Positions 1-10,420 of a stretch of DNA of 64,000 bases are shown here, piece after piece. A program made the position numbers and the translations under genes. Under the pieces are notes generated by a model, which was not told the origin of the DNA, ran no database searches, and worked only from the letters and a program-made list of their open reading frames with translations. Within the stretch, counting starts at the first letter, position 1, and every line of letters starts with the position of its first letter. Source of the DNA: an uncultured delta proteobacterium (GTDB taxonomy: Bacteria; Desulfobacterota; Zymogenia; Zymogenales; Zymogenaceae). The stretch lies in the NCBI GenBank assembly GCA_963792965.1, contig CAWBYW010000007.1, forward strand, positions 640,001 to 704,000. Direction: 5' to 3'.

Positions 1-932
1 AGGAAATAGGGGTACTGGATCAGCATCGTGGTCCATTCCCCGGCGTCCGGATGTCCGGGGACGTGTGCCGTCAGCTCGCCCAGGAGGTACTGGGCGGCGG
101 GAACAGAAGTGACGAAGTAGAGGATGACGGCCCACGAATGGCCCGCCTGGACGGCCTCTTCCGGGCAGAAGGCGATGCAGTGCATGCAGCTTTCGCACCG
201 GTACGTCCAGTAGGGACGCGGCCGTTTCTTGCCGAGCATCTTGATGGCTCCCGTCGGGCAGTCGCGGGCACAGAGGCCGCACCCGTTGCAGCGATTGTCC
301 GCAAAGAAGAGCTTTGCAAACAGAAAACGCCCGTACAGGAGGTATCCCGCGGATACAGGCAGAAGAAGAATGCCAAACAGCAGGCAGATGATACGGCCGT
401 ATCGCCGCTTATCCTCGAGAAGGCCGTCGATGAAGGCCGTGGCTTTCGGTCGGGCCCGCTCGATGATGGCACGTGCGTTATCTTCCCGAAAGCCGGGGTG
501 AAGGGCGATCCAGTTTGACGGCATGTCGACTCCCGCGACCCCCCGCACCGCATAGCCTTTGAGAAGAAGGATCAACGCAATCAAAAAGCCCGCCGTTCCC
601 TCCATGCCGGGGAGGAACACCCGCCCGAATTTCGACCCGGCGCAGCTTGAGACGACGACGGCATGCGTCCCCTCCCCCCACGGCATCCTGAGGGCAAAAC
701 GGATCATGTGCCACGGGGCGGTGAAGCCGTGGGTCGGCATGAAAAGCCCGACGAGCCGTCGCCGTCCCTTCCCGGCCTCGGCGTTCGGCCTCCCCTCGGC
801 GAGGGGAACGACACGAGACGAAATGCCCGCCTCCTCGGCCCGCTCGGCCATCCATCGGGCGACGCGTAGCGTGTTGCCGGTGCCGCTCATCACATAGAAA
901 AGGGCCTCTTTATAGCTCGTCATCTTCTTCAT
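1..932 (-). CDS. EFR1-family ferrodoxin (flavodoxin-like N-terminus + 2x4Fe-4S), runs off the left edge
   Basis: Translated by hand (not in the ORF track): MKKMTSYKEALFYVMSGTGNTLRVA...VDMPSNW...CNGCGLCARDCP...CESCMHCIAFCP. The frame stays open to base 1. Confidence 0.85.
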   Translation of the reverse strand, partial: MKKMTSYKEALFYVMSGTGNTLRVARWMAERAEEAGISSRVVPLAEGRPNAEAGKGRRRLVGLFMPTHGFTAPWHMIRFALRMPWGEGTHAVVVSSCAGSKFGRVFLPGMEGTAGFLIALILLLKGYAVRGVAGVDMPSNWIALHPGFREDNARAIIERARPKATAFIDGLLEDKRRYGRIICLLFGILLLPVSAGYLLYGRFLFAKLFFADNRCNGCGLCARDCPTGAIKMLGKKRPRPYWTYRCESCMHCIAFCPEEAVQAGHSWAVILYFVTSVPAAQYLLGELTAHVPGHPDAGEWTTMLIQYPYF

Positions 933-1069
933 CGTTTACGGCGACCGCCGGGCACAGCCGCATTAAACGCGCGGACACGGCAAAGCGTGTATCGTCGACA
1001 GGCCCCGCGCAGACATTTCAAGTCAGATCCATCCCCTGCCCCTTGGCGAGATAGCGGGGAGGCATCTCA

Positions 1070-1541
1070 TCATCTCGTGAAGATGAGCACACAGTATCCA
1101 TCGTACGCCCCGACGCCGACCTTCGTGAAGTCCCCGAGGATGTTGGCCCGGTGACCCGACGACCCCATCCAGAGCGACACGACACCGGCGTGCCGAGGTC
1201 TCCCCATACGCGATGTTTTCCCCGGCCAAATGATACACGACGTGAAACTCGGCCAGTCGTCCGGCAAGGTCCTTCCCGCTCGGGTTGGTATGGCTGAAAA
1301 AATTGCGCCGATCCATATCCTCGGCGTGATCCTGGGCGATCCTGGCCAGAATTTCGTCGCAGACGAGCGCTGGGCGGTTATACTGTTCCCGCTCCCGGTT
1401 GACCAGCAGCAGGATTTCCTCCCTCAGCCCCTGCTGGGTCGGGCCGACGCAGGAGGACGATACCTCCCCGCACAGAGCCGCGGCGGTGAGTACGGGCAAG
1501 AGAACCAACAGAAACCAGGTAATCACGCAGAGCTTTTTCAT
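1070..1541 (-). CDS. CAP/SCP-domain exported protein (apparent +1 indel near 1190)
   Basis: Signal peptide and LVNRER...AQDHAEDM..RNFFSH..GENIAYG in one frame; WMGSSGHRANIL..VGVG in the next frame. Confidence 0.8.
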
Positions 1542-1631
1542 AGGGACTACAGAAAACGAGGGGAGATACCCCCCCTCGCATTTATCACCTTTCGTCAATA
1601 TATCTAACTCGAAAACGGCCCCTTGCTGCGC

Positions 1632-3173
1632 CTAATCGTCTCCAAGCCCGTTATGGTGCGCCGGCCCCGGAGAGGCGTCCTTTGCCGCTATCTCTTTGAC
1701 CGACCGGGCGGCCCTCGTGATTGCGTCGGAAACGGCGTTCTTGATGTCGCTCGTCCTCCGTTTCAGGTCGATATTTACGATATAGGACTCAGTCGTCTCT
1801 ATCAGCTTTATCACCCTGAGGTAGAGGCGATTCTCTTTAACCCAGCCCCTGCTGAGCCGCTTCGCGTAGGCGGCCACCATCACCCCGAAGAAATCGAATC
1901 GACAGAAGCGCCTGATGACCTCCGCCGTGGAATAGAACCGTGCGTGTCCCCTGATCTGCGCCCGCTGGAGATGATAGGGACTCAGCTGTTTCGGAACAAA
2001 AACGACATGGTGGCCGTCATAGAAGCTCCAGTCCCTGAGCATGATTCGGCCTTCCTTTTCAAGCTCCCGATAGACCGGGGTCCCCGGGAAGGGGGTCAGG
2101 ATGAGAAATTGGACGGTATCGAGCATCTTCCTCTTGGCAAACGCAACGGTCTTGGCCAGCGTCTTCTTGTCGTCGGTATCAAAGCCGAAAACGAACATAC
2201 CGTGGACGTCTATGCCGAACTTACTGAATCCCGCCAGCCCCTCTTCCATGTCGGCGACCGTCTGCTTCTTGTTCATGCACGTGAGGCTCTCGGGGCTGAT
2301 GCTCTCGAGCCCCACGAAGACCGTCTTGAGCCCCGCCTCTTTCATGAGGCCGACGAGCTCCAAATCTTTCCCCGTGTCCACCCGGACCTGGGCCGAGGAG
2401 AGAAACGAGAAACCCTCGGCGATCATCTTCCTCAAGAGCTCCTTGGTCCTTTTCGGATCGGCCGCGAAGTTATCATCGTAAAAGAAGATGGAATTCTTTT
2501 TTTTGTCGTACTGTCTGAGCTCCTCGATCACCTTATCCACGTCGCGGTATCTCATCTTCCTCCCGAACATGCCGGTCACAGAGCAGAAGCTGCAGTTGTA
2601 CGGGCACCCGCGAGAGGTCTGGATCGGGATAACGGGGTTCGTCCACCGACGTTTTTGAAACACGCCGCCCGCGATCAGAGAGATATCCGGCTGGGGCAAC
2701 TGGTTAAGGTCGACGAACGATGAATCGATTTCGTTATGGAAAACACGCCCGTCCCGGACATACGAAAGGCCCGGCACGTCGTCCGGTTTGCGTCCCGCCG
2801 CAAGCGCCTCCACAAGAAGAGGGAACGACCGCTCGCCTTCCCCTCTGATAACGTAATCCGAAAAGGTAAGGGCCTCATCGGTCATGAACGTCACATGGGG
2901 GCCGCCCATGACCGTGGGAACGCCGGAAAATTTCAGTGCCGCGGCCATCTCGTAGGCCCTCGGTGCGGTGGAGGTGGTGGTCGATATGCCCACGAGCTCG
3001 GAGCCGAGGACTCTATCCCATGAGATCGGCTCGATAGACTCGACCATAACGGAAACATCATGGCCCTGTTGTTTGAGGATGGTGCCCAAAAGCACCGTGC
3101 CGAGGCGCGGCAGGGCATAAAGGGAAAAGATATGGGAATCGGGACTCTTGGGCTCGATGAGCGTTATCTTCAT
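1632..3173 (-). CDS. B12-binding-domain radical SAM protein
   Basis: N-terminal cobalamin-binding-like region (GGPHVT), SRGCPYNCSFC (CxxxCxxC), DDNF, GLES. Confidence 0.9.
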   Translation of the reverse strand: MKITLIEPKSPDSHIFSLYALPRLGTVLLGTILKQQGHDVSVMVESIEPISWDRVLGSELVGISTTTSTAPRAYEMAAALKFSGVPTVMGGPHVTFMTDEALTFSDYVIRGEGERSFPLLVEALAAGRKPDDVPGLSYVRDGRVFHNEIDSSFVDLNQLPQPDISLIAGGVFQKRRWTNPVIPIQTSRGCPYNCSFCSVTGMFGRKMRYRDVDKVIEELRQYDKKKNSIFFYDDNFAADPKRTKELLRKMIAEGFSFLSSAQVRVDTGKDLELVGLMKEAGLKTVFVGLESISPESLTCMNKKQTVADMEEGLAGFSKFGIDVHGMFVFGFDTDDKKTLAKTVAFAKRKMLDTVQFLILTPFPGTPVYRELEKEGRIMLRDWSFYDGHHVVFVPKQLSPYHLQRAQIRGHARFYSTAEVIRRFCRFDFFGVMVAAYAKRLSRGWVKENRLYLRVIKLIETTESYIVNIDLKRRTSDIKNAVSDAITRAARSVKEIAAKDASPGPAHHNGLGDD

Positions 3174-3445
3174 GGAAGTACTCCGTTATATCTTTTTATC
3201 ATGATACTAACCGCACGACCGCCGTTTCTCTGCTGATATCACCTGTACGAAATGCGCTCCTAAGACTCATCGGCGCCAAGGGCTATCTATCGCTCTTCGC
3301 GGCGTTCCGCGTGTGAGATGGAGGGATATTAGTAGAATTCTCGAGCTGGCCGGAGCGTGCAGAATACCTTCTTATTGTCTCTCGTTTTTAATAAGTATAT
3401 ACCACAGTCAATCGTTTTTCAAGCGACCTATTGATTTTTCTTTCT

Positions 3446-3886
3446 CTAAAGGTCCTTGCTCATGATCAAAATCTCATCGTCGCGAGAAAACCATCCCCTC
3501 TTCTCATAGAATGCGGAGGCCCCGTTGTCCCGGTAGATCATAAGGTGGATGCGCTGCGCCCCGAGTTTCTTTAATAAACGCTCCACTTCGTCCATCAACG
3601 AGGAGCCGGCCCCGTGTCCCCAGAAGTCTCTGGCTACCGCCAGGTGGTAGATATACCCCCGCCTCCCGTCCCACCCGCCGAGCACCGTGCCGACGATCCG
3701 TCCGCCGTTCTCCATTACGAGGCACGTCTCACGGTTTTTTTCCAGGAAGGCCGAAAGGCTTGTCCGCTCGTCGGCCGACGAAAGCCCCATGCCCGGCAGC
3801 CCCTTCCATATCTCGACGACCGCATCGTAGTCTTCAATCGTCATCTCCCGGATATGGCCACGGTCAAGCTCCCCTGTTTCCTTCAT
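3446..3886 (-). CDS. GNAT-family N-acetyltransferase (YpeA-like)
   Basis: GGWDGRRGYIYHLAV...GHGAG, FYEKRGW. GGAG precedes the ATG at 3886. Confidence 0.85.
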   Translation of the reverse strand: MKETGELDRGHIREMTIEDYDAVVEIWKGLPGMGLSSADERTSLSAFLEKNRETCLVMENGGRIVGTVLGGWDGRRGYIYHLAVARDFWGHGAGSSLMDEVERLLKKLGAQRIHLMIYRDNGASAFYEKRGWFSRDDEILIMSKDL

Positions 3887-4075
3887 TTCATCGACTCCAC
3901 CGGTTGTTTCACTGGATACACGGCCCGCGTTGTCAAAGGACGCTGTTCCCCCTTCCGCTCGTCCTTCAAACATTACTATACACAAAAAGAGATTGGCGGT
4001 CAACAGCGCCCGTAAAAAATGGTGAAATCCGACAATCTATGTTATAATTCCGCATCATCTCAAAAGGAGGACCCG

Positions 4076-5254
4076 ATGGACCTCATCCAAATCATGTCGC
4101 ATTTTGCCGTGCCGCGGCCCAACCAGAGCGACGCCCTCGAAAAAACCGCCGCCTATATCAAGTCGCTGTTGACCGACTGGGGTATCCCGTTTTCCATCCA
4201 GGAGTTTCCGCTCCGCCCTTACATGCAGCTTATCCTCGGCGCCGCGGTGCTTGTCCTCGCGGTCCTGCTCTTTGTGCTCATCCTCAAGAAACGGCCGATC
4301 GCCGCGCTCGTCGTGGCGCTCTTGATCCCCCTACTCCTTGTCGTCGAGTTTGAGCTCTTTGTTCCCGTCGTCACGGGTATCGTCAAGAAAACCGGCCAGG
4401 ATATCGTCGTCTCATTTACCGTCCCCCATCCCGCCCGGGAGCTGATATTTGCCGCCCATTATGATTCCAAGACCGATTTCTGGGATCACGTGCAGCGCGC
4501 GAAGATCTACCAGTTCATTCCCCTGGCTTTTTTACTCGGCCTTGCCCTGGCGGTCTTTACCTTCTTTACGAGGCGATACGCCTCACTCAAGAAAAAGCTG
4601 GTCACGGCCGTCACGGTGATCCTCGCCGGGGTCCTCGTCGTCTATTGGGGCCTCGTCTTTCTCGGCTTCGGGGGGTACATCTTCATACCGAAAGACAGGC
4701 AGTCGTTCGGGGCAGTGGACGACGGATCGGCGGTGGTGACACTCCTTGCGCTTGCCAAGGACATCAAAGACGGCAAGGTCCAACTCGGCAATTCCAATGT
4801 TACCATCGTCTTCACCGCGGGTGAAGAAGTCACCCTGCAGGGGGCCGACTGGTACGTCAGAGAGCGATTCGGACACGGCAAGAAACCCGCCCTTCCCACG
4901 ACTCTCGTCGATCTGGAGCTCGTCGCCCAGAACGGCACGATGATCTACTGGAAGAAGGACGGGATCTTTCTGAAGTACTACAGCGCCGATCCCGGGCTGG
5001 CGGCAATGCTCGGCGCCGCCTGGGAGGGCGTCTCCGGGATGAGGATGGAGTCCCGCCCGACGATCACCGATGACGCGCAGCGCTTCATGGCGGCAGGCAT
5101 TCCCTCCATCACCGTGGGTAACGCGGGCGTTCCGGGCCTGGGCGAGGGTGGTTTCCATTCTCCAAAGGACAATATCCAGCGCGTGAATATGGATAACCTT
5201 AAAATGATGATCGAGACGCTGGAGAAATACATCGGGTTCTATCTGACCAAGTAG
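4076..5254 (+). CDS. Membrane-bound M28-family peptidase
   Basis: AAHYDSK, GAVDDGS, AGEE, FHSPKD zinc-ligand motifs; several TM helices; AAGGAGG RBS. Confidence 0.85.
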   Translation: MDLIQIMSHFAVPRPNQSDALEKTAAYIKSLLTDWGIPFSIQEFPLRPYMQLILGAAVLVLAVLLFVLILKKRPIAALVVALLIPLLLVVEFELFVPVVTGIVKKTGQDIVVSFTVPHPARELIFAAHYDSKTDFWDHVQRAKIYQFIPLAFLLGLALAVFTFFTRRYASLKKKLVTAVTVILAGVLVVYWGLVFLGFGGYIFIPKDRQSFGAVDDGSAVVTLLALAKDIKDGKVQLGNSNVTIVFTAGEEVTLQGADWYVRERFGHGKKPALPTTLVDLELVAQNGTMIYWKKDGIFLKYYSADPGLAAMLGAAWEGVSGMRMESRPTITDDAQRFMAAGIPSITVGNAGVPGLGEGGFHSPKDNIQRVNMDNLKMMIETLEKYIGFYLTK

Positions 5255-5366
5255 CCGCCGACAGCGAATCCCCTTGGGGTGACGCACGGCATCGTAATTC
5301 ACGTAACGGGAGGGGCCCAGTCTCGATCGGGCTCCCGGATATTTATGCACATTTCAGGGATCTAAT

Positions 5367-6365
5367 ATGGAATCTCATGCGAAAGTTCATCAGGGCTGTA
5401 TTGCCTGCGGGACGGACGGGTTTCTCATCAGGGGATACGAATCGACGGCCGATGGGGGGCTCAGGGCTCCCATCGTCATGGACGAGCGGACGGAGGGATG
5501 GATCGGCATCCCCCACGGCGGCGTCGGGATGGGGGCGATCCTGGAGCTCTTCTCGTTTCACCCGTCCTACCCCGAGAGCCCGTCGGCGATCTTTCCCCTC
5601 TCGGTCGATTTCCGCATGGGAGGGGCGCAGGTCTTTGTGGGGGACACCGTGTCGCTGACGGTCACGAAAAAGGACGGCGGCGCAACCGGCGTCATCGAGA
5701 AGGAGGGAGAGGCTCACCCCTATATCACGGGTGATATCACCCTCAAGAAAGACGACCCGGAGGGAAGGGCGCTGCTCGCATCCTACCTTCCCTCCAACTA
5801 CGCACAGATCGAAAAGAGGCTCGTTCCCCTTCCCTACTACAGGAACTGCCTCGTCTGCGGCGTCGACCGCAAATATCCGGGGTTACGGCGCATGTTTCGT
5901 CTCGTCGACGACAGCCCCGATCGTATCGTCATCGCGCCGATCGGCTTTGACGCGCACGATAAAGACACCGTCTGTCGGTTCCGCCGGGGTGAACACCTGC
6001 ATCCCCTCTGTTTTCTGGCCCTCGGAGACGAGACGATGGGCTGGGGCGCATTCTTTCTTTCCAAGAACGGCGGCGTCTCGGTGAGGCTCTCCTACACCTT
6101 CCTGCGCGACGTGAGGGTCGACGAGCGGCTCGTCTTCTTCGGCCATGGAGAGCGGGTCAAGGGCGACATCTCGAAGCGGATGATGTTCTGGGGCTCGGGA
6201 GGGGCGGCCGTCGTAAAGGATGACGGCACCTTCGAGATCGTGATGACCTCCTCCGGCCAGTGGCTGGCCATCGAGGCGCTGACCCACCAGATGCGGCAGA
6301 ACCTCATCCCCGAAGAGATGACCAGCCGCGCCTTCCAGATCGCTGAGGGGGCACGTAAAGAGTAG
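5367..6365 (+). CDS. Tandem hotdog-fold (PaaI-like) thioesterase
   Basis: Two repeats, each with CxxCG (CIACG, CLVCG); EGWIGIPHGG and DETMGW motifs. Confidence 0.7.
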   Translation: MESHAKVHQGCIACGTDGFLIRGYESTADGGLRAPIVMDERTEGWIGIPHGGVGMGAILELFSFHPSYPESPSAIFPLSVDFRMGGAQVFVGDTVSLTVTKKDGGATGVIEKEGEAHPYITGDITLKKDDPEGRALLASYLPSNYAQIEKRLVPLPYYRNCLVCGVDRKYPGLRRMFRLVDDSPDRIVIAPIGFDAHDKDTVCRFRRGEHLHPLCFLALGDETMGWGAFFLSKNGGVSVRLSYTFLRDVRVDERLVFFGHGERVKGDISKRMMFWGSGGAAVVKDDGTFEIVMTSSGQWLAIEALTHQMRQNLIPEEMTSRAFQIAEGARKE

Positions 6366-6445
6366 CCCCCGGCCGTTCGCTGTATTTCGCACGCACAATC
6401 GGCGCGCATAATTCTCATCGCACGCAAGAATACTTTCCTGACTGC

Positions 6446-6473
6446 TTGACAGGGGAAAGAATCGGCGTATAAT
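6446..6473 (+). promoter_or_regulatory. Sigma70 promoter of the outer-membrane protein gene
   Basis: TTGACA-N16-TATAAT; both hexamers match consensus exactly. Confidence 0.75.
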
Positions 6474-6509
6474 TCGGAACATTAAATTGTCTTAATGGAG
6501 AACGCGAGA

Positions 6510-8270
6510 ATGAAAAAGAGGATTGTCTTTCTGATCGCCCTTACCGGTATCCTGATCACGGCCTTCGCGGCCGTGGCGGCGGCCGGCGAGGTCATCTACG
6601 TCTCTGAGCCTTCCGTCTTCGATACGCCCAAGATGTTCCCGCGGGCCGACGCATCGTTGTGGAACATGGACTATCGGTGCAACCCCGCCCTGTTGAAGCT
6701 CGACTGTCCCTACGGGCTCATCTTCGATACCTACTATGAGGGCAGTTTCTACAAGATGGACAACAAGGATTACGGCAACTCATTATTGCTGCCCGGCTCT
6801 TTCGTAAGAGGCTCCCTCACCAGCGAGTACGTGACGGACGTTGTCGGCGGAGACGCCGGTTTTGCCGTGAAGCTGAACGACCGGTCGAACCTCGCCTTCA
6901 TCTTCAACTACCGGTACGGCAATCTGCTGGGCGACGGCGACTTCACGAATGCCTTTGATGACGGTACCGGACTTGCCGGAAGAATCGACGGCTCGTTCGT
7001 GCAGAGGCTCGATTCCCACACCTTCTCACCGTCGGTGCTGTTTGACTTTAAGGTGAACGACGCCCTCACCCTGGGCGCCGCCTTGAAGTACGCCTATATC
7101 AGCGAGCGTTTCCAGGACGACATAACGGGAGCCGGTTCATGGACCGCGCTACCCGAGCATCTCCTCATCGATAAGGACCTGTGGCTGAAGTACCACTACC
7201 TTTCACCCGAGGTCGGCGTCTCGTTCGTGCCGTCCGACCGGTTCACCCTGAACGCCTCTCTCGCCGCGGGGTTCTACTTCGGGAGGGTCGATAAGGACGC
7301 GAGCATGCACGATGATGCCCTTATAGGAGCCGATAATACGTACACCGAGGATCTCGATTCTTCCGGCGTATCCGGGTGGGACATCGCCGCAAAGGTGCGG
7401 CCTCAGTTCAAGGTGAACGATAAGGTCTCGATCCCGCTGGTCCTCGACTTCTGGTACAAGGACTTCAAATGGGCCGTCGACGGCCCCTCCTCCGGTTATT
7501 TCGCGGCCATGAGCTACGGCGGCCCCTTCCAGGGCCCGGGGACCATCGACTATCATAACGACGCGACCACCTGGGATATTACCGCCGGCGCGGGCGTGAA
7601 GTACGACGCCGGGTGGGCGACACTGTCGGGGCTTGCCTCCTATACCCACTGGTCCTTTGACAACAACTACGATCAGGAGAACATGATTTCCAGTCCCGTT
7701 GTTTTCACTGGCTTTAACGGCCTGACGTCATTCAGCCAGGACGATAAGGAGACCCGGGACTTCGTCTCGCTCGGCCTCACCATCGAAAAGGAGTTTTCAC
7801 CCACGTTCTCCGCTGATTTCGGCATGCGCTACGATTTCGGCTGGGGACACCGGCAGTATGACCTCGCCTACACCTCACGGTGGGAGACGAACCCCCTAGC
7901 ACCCCTTACGATCTCAACCGACGGACGGGACACGTACCAGGACCTGACCCTCTCCAACCACTTCACCATCACGCCGATCGAGCACCTGAGCGTCGTCTTC
8001 GGCGGATTTGTGAAGATACCGGTCGACAGCATCGACTATGACCTGAACGGGACGGCCGCCGGTTTGACGACAGCCAACGCAGTTGTTCGCCAATGGGGAT
8101 TTGAAGGTGGCGTCCTACGCGCGGCGTCTGATGATAACGAAAACACCGGTTGGGAATACGGCGGCCTCCTCTCGATCAGCTACGAGTTTGGCTGCCCGAA
8201 GCCGGTTCCGCCGGTCGTTCCAGCCCCGCCCGCTCCTGCTCCTCAGCTGACGCCGATGAGCCAGAAGTAA
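6510..8270 (+). CDS. Outer-membrane beta-barrel protein, possibly FadL/OmpP1-like
   Basis: Signal peptide, DASL..NPALL near the N-terminus, alternating aromatic beta strands, ..SYEF followed by a Pro-rich tail. Confidence 0.7.
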   Translation: MKKRIVFLIALTGILITAFAAVAAAGEVIYVSEPSVFDTPKMFPRADASLWNMDYRCNPALLKLDCPYGLIFDTYYEGSFYKMDNKDYGNSLLLPGSFVRGSLTSEYVTDVVGGDAGFAVKLNDRSNLAFIFNYRYGNLLGDGDFTNAFDDGTGLAGRIDGSFVQRLDSHTFSPSVLFDFKVNDALTLGAALKYAYISERFQDDITGAGSWTALPEHLLIDKDLWLKYHYLSPEVGVSFVPSDRFTLNASLAAGFYFGRVDKDASMHDDALIGADNTYTEDLDSSGVSGWDIAAKVRPQFKVNDKVSIPLVLDFWYKDFKWAVDGPSSGYFAAMSYGGPFQGPGTIDYHNDATTWDITAGAGVKYDAGWATLSGLASYTHWSFDNNYDQENMISSPVVFTGFNGLTSFSQDDKETRDFVSLGLTIEKEFSPTFSADFGMRYDFGWGHRQYDLAYTSRWETNPLAPLTISTDGRDTYQDLTLSNHFTITPIEHLSVVFGGFVKIPVDSIDYDLNGTAAGLTTANAVVRQWGFEGGVLRAASDDNENTGWEYGGLLSISYEFGCPKPVPPVVPAPPAPAPQLTPMSQK

Positions 8271-8297
8271 AGCGGTATTTAAACAACTCACCTACCG

Positions 8298-8330
8298 GGA
8301 GGGGCGGCCGAAAGCCGCCCCTTCTTCTTC
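8298..8330 (+). terminator. Intrinsic terminator after the OMP gene
   Basis: GAGGGGCGGC-CGAAA-GCCGCCCCTT stem followed by a pyrimidine tract. Confidence 0.65.
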
Positions 8331-8482
8331 ATCCCTATCCCACGAGAATGAATACCGTCTCGATGAGGCGGTTATATTCTTTTCTTGCCCCTTTCGGGAC
8401 GTCCTGAGAATCAAGGAGTGACACGCGACGTGGGTGTTTCTTATCGGGAGGAAGAATCCAAGAGCAACGGGTCCTTATGGGT

Positions 8483-8510
8483 AGCGAAGGGGGGCGTCCC
8501 CCCCTTCGCT
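8483..8510. terminator. Hairpin between convergent genes (likely terminator of the TPP enzyme gene)
   Basis: AGCGAAGGGGGG-CGTC-CCCCCCTTCGCT, a perfect 12-bp stem. Confidence 0.55.
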
Positions 8511-8520
8511 CTTCCTGTGC

Positions 8521-10177
8521 CTACACGTTTAGTCCCGCGACAAAGAGATGAGTGGCGGGGCTGGTCACCGTCGGGTCGGTAATGACGTTGACCACGGCGA
8601 CTTTCCCCGAATCCTTTGCCCGCTTGAGGGCCGGGATGATCTCCTTGGGCTCGGTCACGTACTCCGCGTGTGCGCCGAATCCCTGTGCCATCAGGTCATA
8701 GCGCACCGGGCCCAGGTTCGTCCCCACGACCCGCCCGTACTGGAGCTCCTGCCCGTGTTTGACCATCCCCCAGGCCTGGTCGTTGGCAACCACGATAATC
8801 ACGGGGATGTTGTGGCGGATGGCCGTCTCCACCTCCATGCCGTTGAGGCCGAATGACCCGTCACCCGTGATCACTACCGAATGATATTTCGGATGGGCGA
8901 GCTTGCCCGCGATGCCGAAGGGGATGCCGCTGCCGAGGCAGCCCATCAGGTTTCCGCCGTTGGAGAGGAACCTCCCCGGCCCACCCGCCCTGAGGTGCAT
9001 CTGGGAAAAATAGGTGATGTCGCCACCGTCGGTGGAGTAGACGGCGTCGTTGCCGAAGACCTTATAGACGTCCGAGACAAGCCTTACCGGATGGATCGGC
9101 GGCTCGTCCGGATCCTTTTTCTTGTTTTCGTCGGCCATGAGGGCCACCGAGGATTCCTGGATCTGCTTGGTCCATGCCGAGTGATCACATTTCCCGATCT
9201 TGTCGGCGATACCCTCGAGCACCAGACCTGCGTCCCCGACGATCCCGACCTCATGGGGGAGGTTCTTGCCCACCTCACTACCCGCGATGTCGACCCGGAT
9301 GATCTTCGCTGTGGGAAATATCTTGCCGTACATCGTCAGCCACGTCATCCGAAGGCCCAAGACCAGCGCCACGTCGCACTGGGCCGCAGCTACCGTCAGC
9401 CCCATTAACCCGCCGTTCCAGAGCGAGAGCGGGTGGTTGTCCGGCACCATCCCCCTCCCCTCGTTGAGGAGGATAAAGGGGATGTTCGTCTTTTCGAGGA
9501 GTTTTTTCAGCGCGCCGCCTCCCATGGCCCAGCGGAGTCCCCCACCGCCGACGATGATCGGTCGGGAGGCTTTGCACAGCAGCTCCGCCGCCTTCTCGAT
9601 CGCCCTCGGGTCACCCGCGGGCTTATATTCGGTCCGGCTCCCCGAGGGAAAGACGACGGTGTCGCTGTTTACCTTGTTGCCGAGGATATCCACCGGGATC
9701 TCGAGATAGACCGGTCCCGGCCGGTCGGAAAGCGCGTAGCGAAACGCGGTGGCGATATACTCGGGTATGCGGTGCGTGTCGTTGACGATAAACGTCGCCT
9801 TCGTGATGGGGCGCATGAGCGCCGCCTGGTCGATATCCTGCAGCGCCCCGAGGTCATTTTCCTTTCTCGGGCTGCGTCCGGAGATGACAAGCATCGGGAT
9901 GTGCGACGCCATCGCGTCCACCACCCCGGTGATCGGCGTTGGTAAGCCCCGGGCCCGCGGTGACCAGGCATACCCCGAGCTTGCCGGTTGCCATCGACCA
10001 GCCATAGGCCATCATGGCGGCCGCCTGCTCATGGCGCACGTCGATGACGGAAATCTTGCTCTCCGCGCAGGCGTCAAGGATCTTGTCTATGTGTCCGCCT
10101 GAAAGGGTAAAGAGATGGGTGACGCCCTCTTTCTCGAGCGCCTGTACCACCAGCTGACCGCCGTGAACTTCCGCCAT
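8521..10177 (-). CDS. Thiamine-pyrophosphate enzyme (acetolactate synthase / 2-hydroxyacyl-CoA lyase-like), indel near 9934
   Basis: DVRHEQAAAMMA and VTAGPGLTNA, then after a frame switch ITGVVDA...RPGPVYLEIP...GDGSFG..ND (TPP motif). Confidence 0.85.
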
Positions 10178-10420
10178 GGTTGGTCCTCCTCTCAATGGGT
10201 AATGCGTATCCTATACCACGAATCGGGACGCCGGTCAAGGGAATGCGAAGCACGATGCGTGAGACAACACATGGTAACTTACTACTTGACTTTTCGAAAA
10301 AAAGGTATAGAAAATACAGTATTTAGAGATGTTGAGAATTCCCTCCTGAACAAGAAAGCACGAAAATGAAGAAGAAGTCGCCGCGCGTCGTTCTTTTACT
10401 CCATTCTGATTCTTTCACTA

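Noticed and set aside
1623-2723. Long antisense ORFs (also 15826-16836, 53631-54791, 59363-60766 and others)
   Set aside because: Shadow frames of real genes in GC-rich DNA, with no motifs or RBS.
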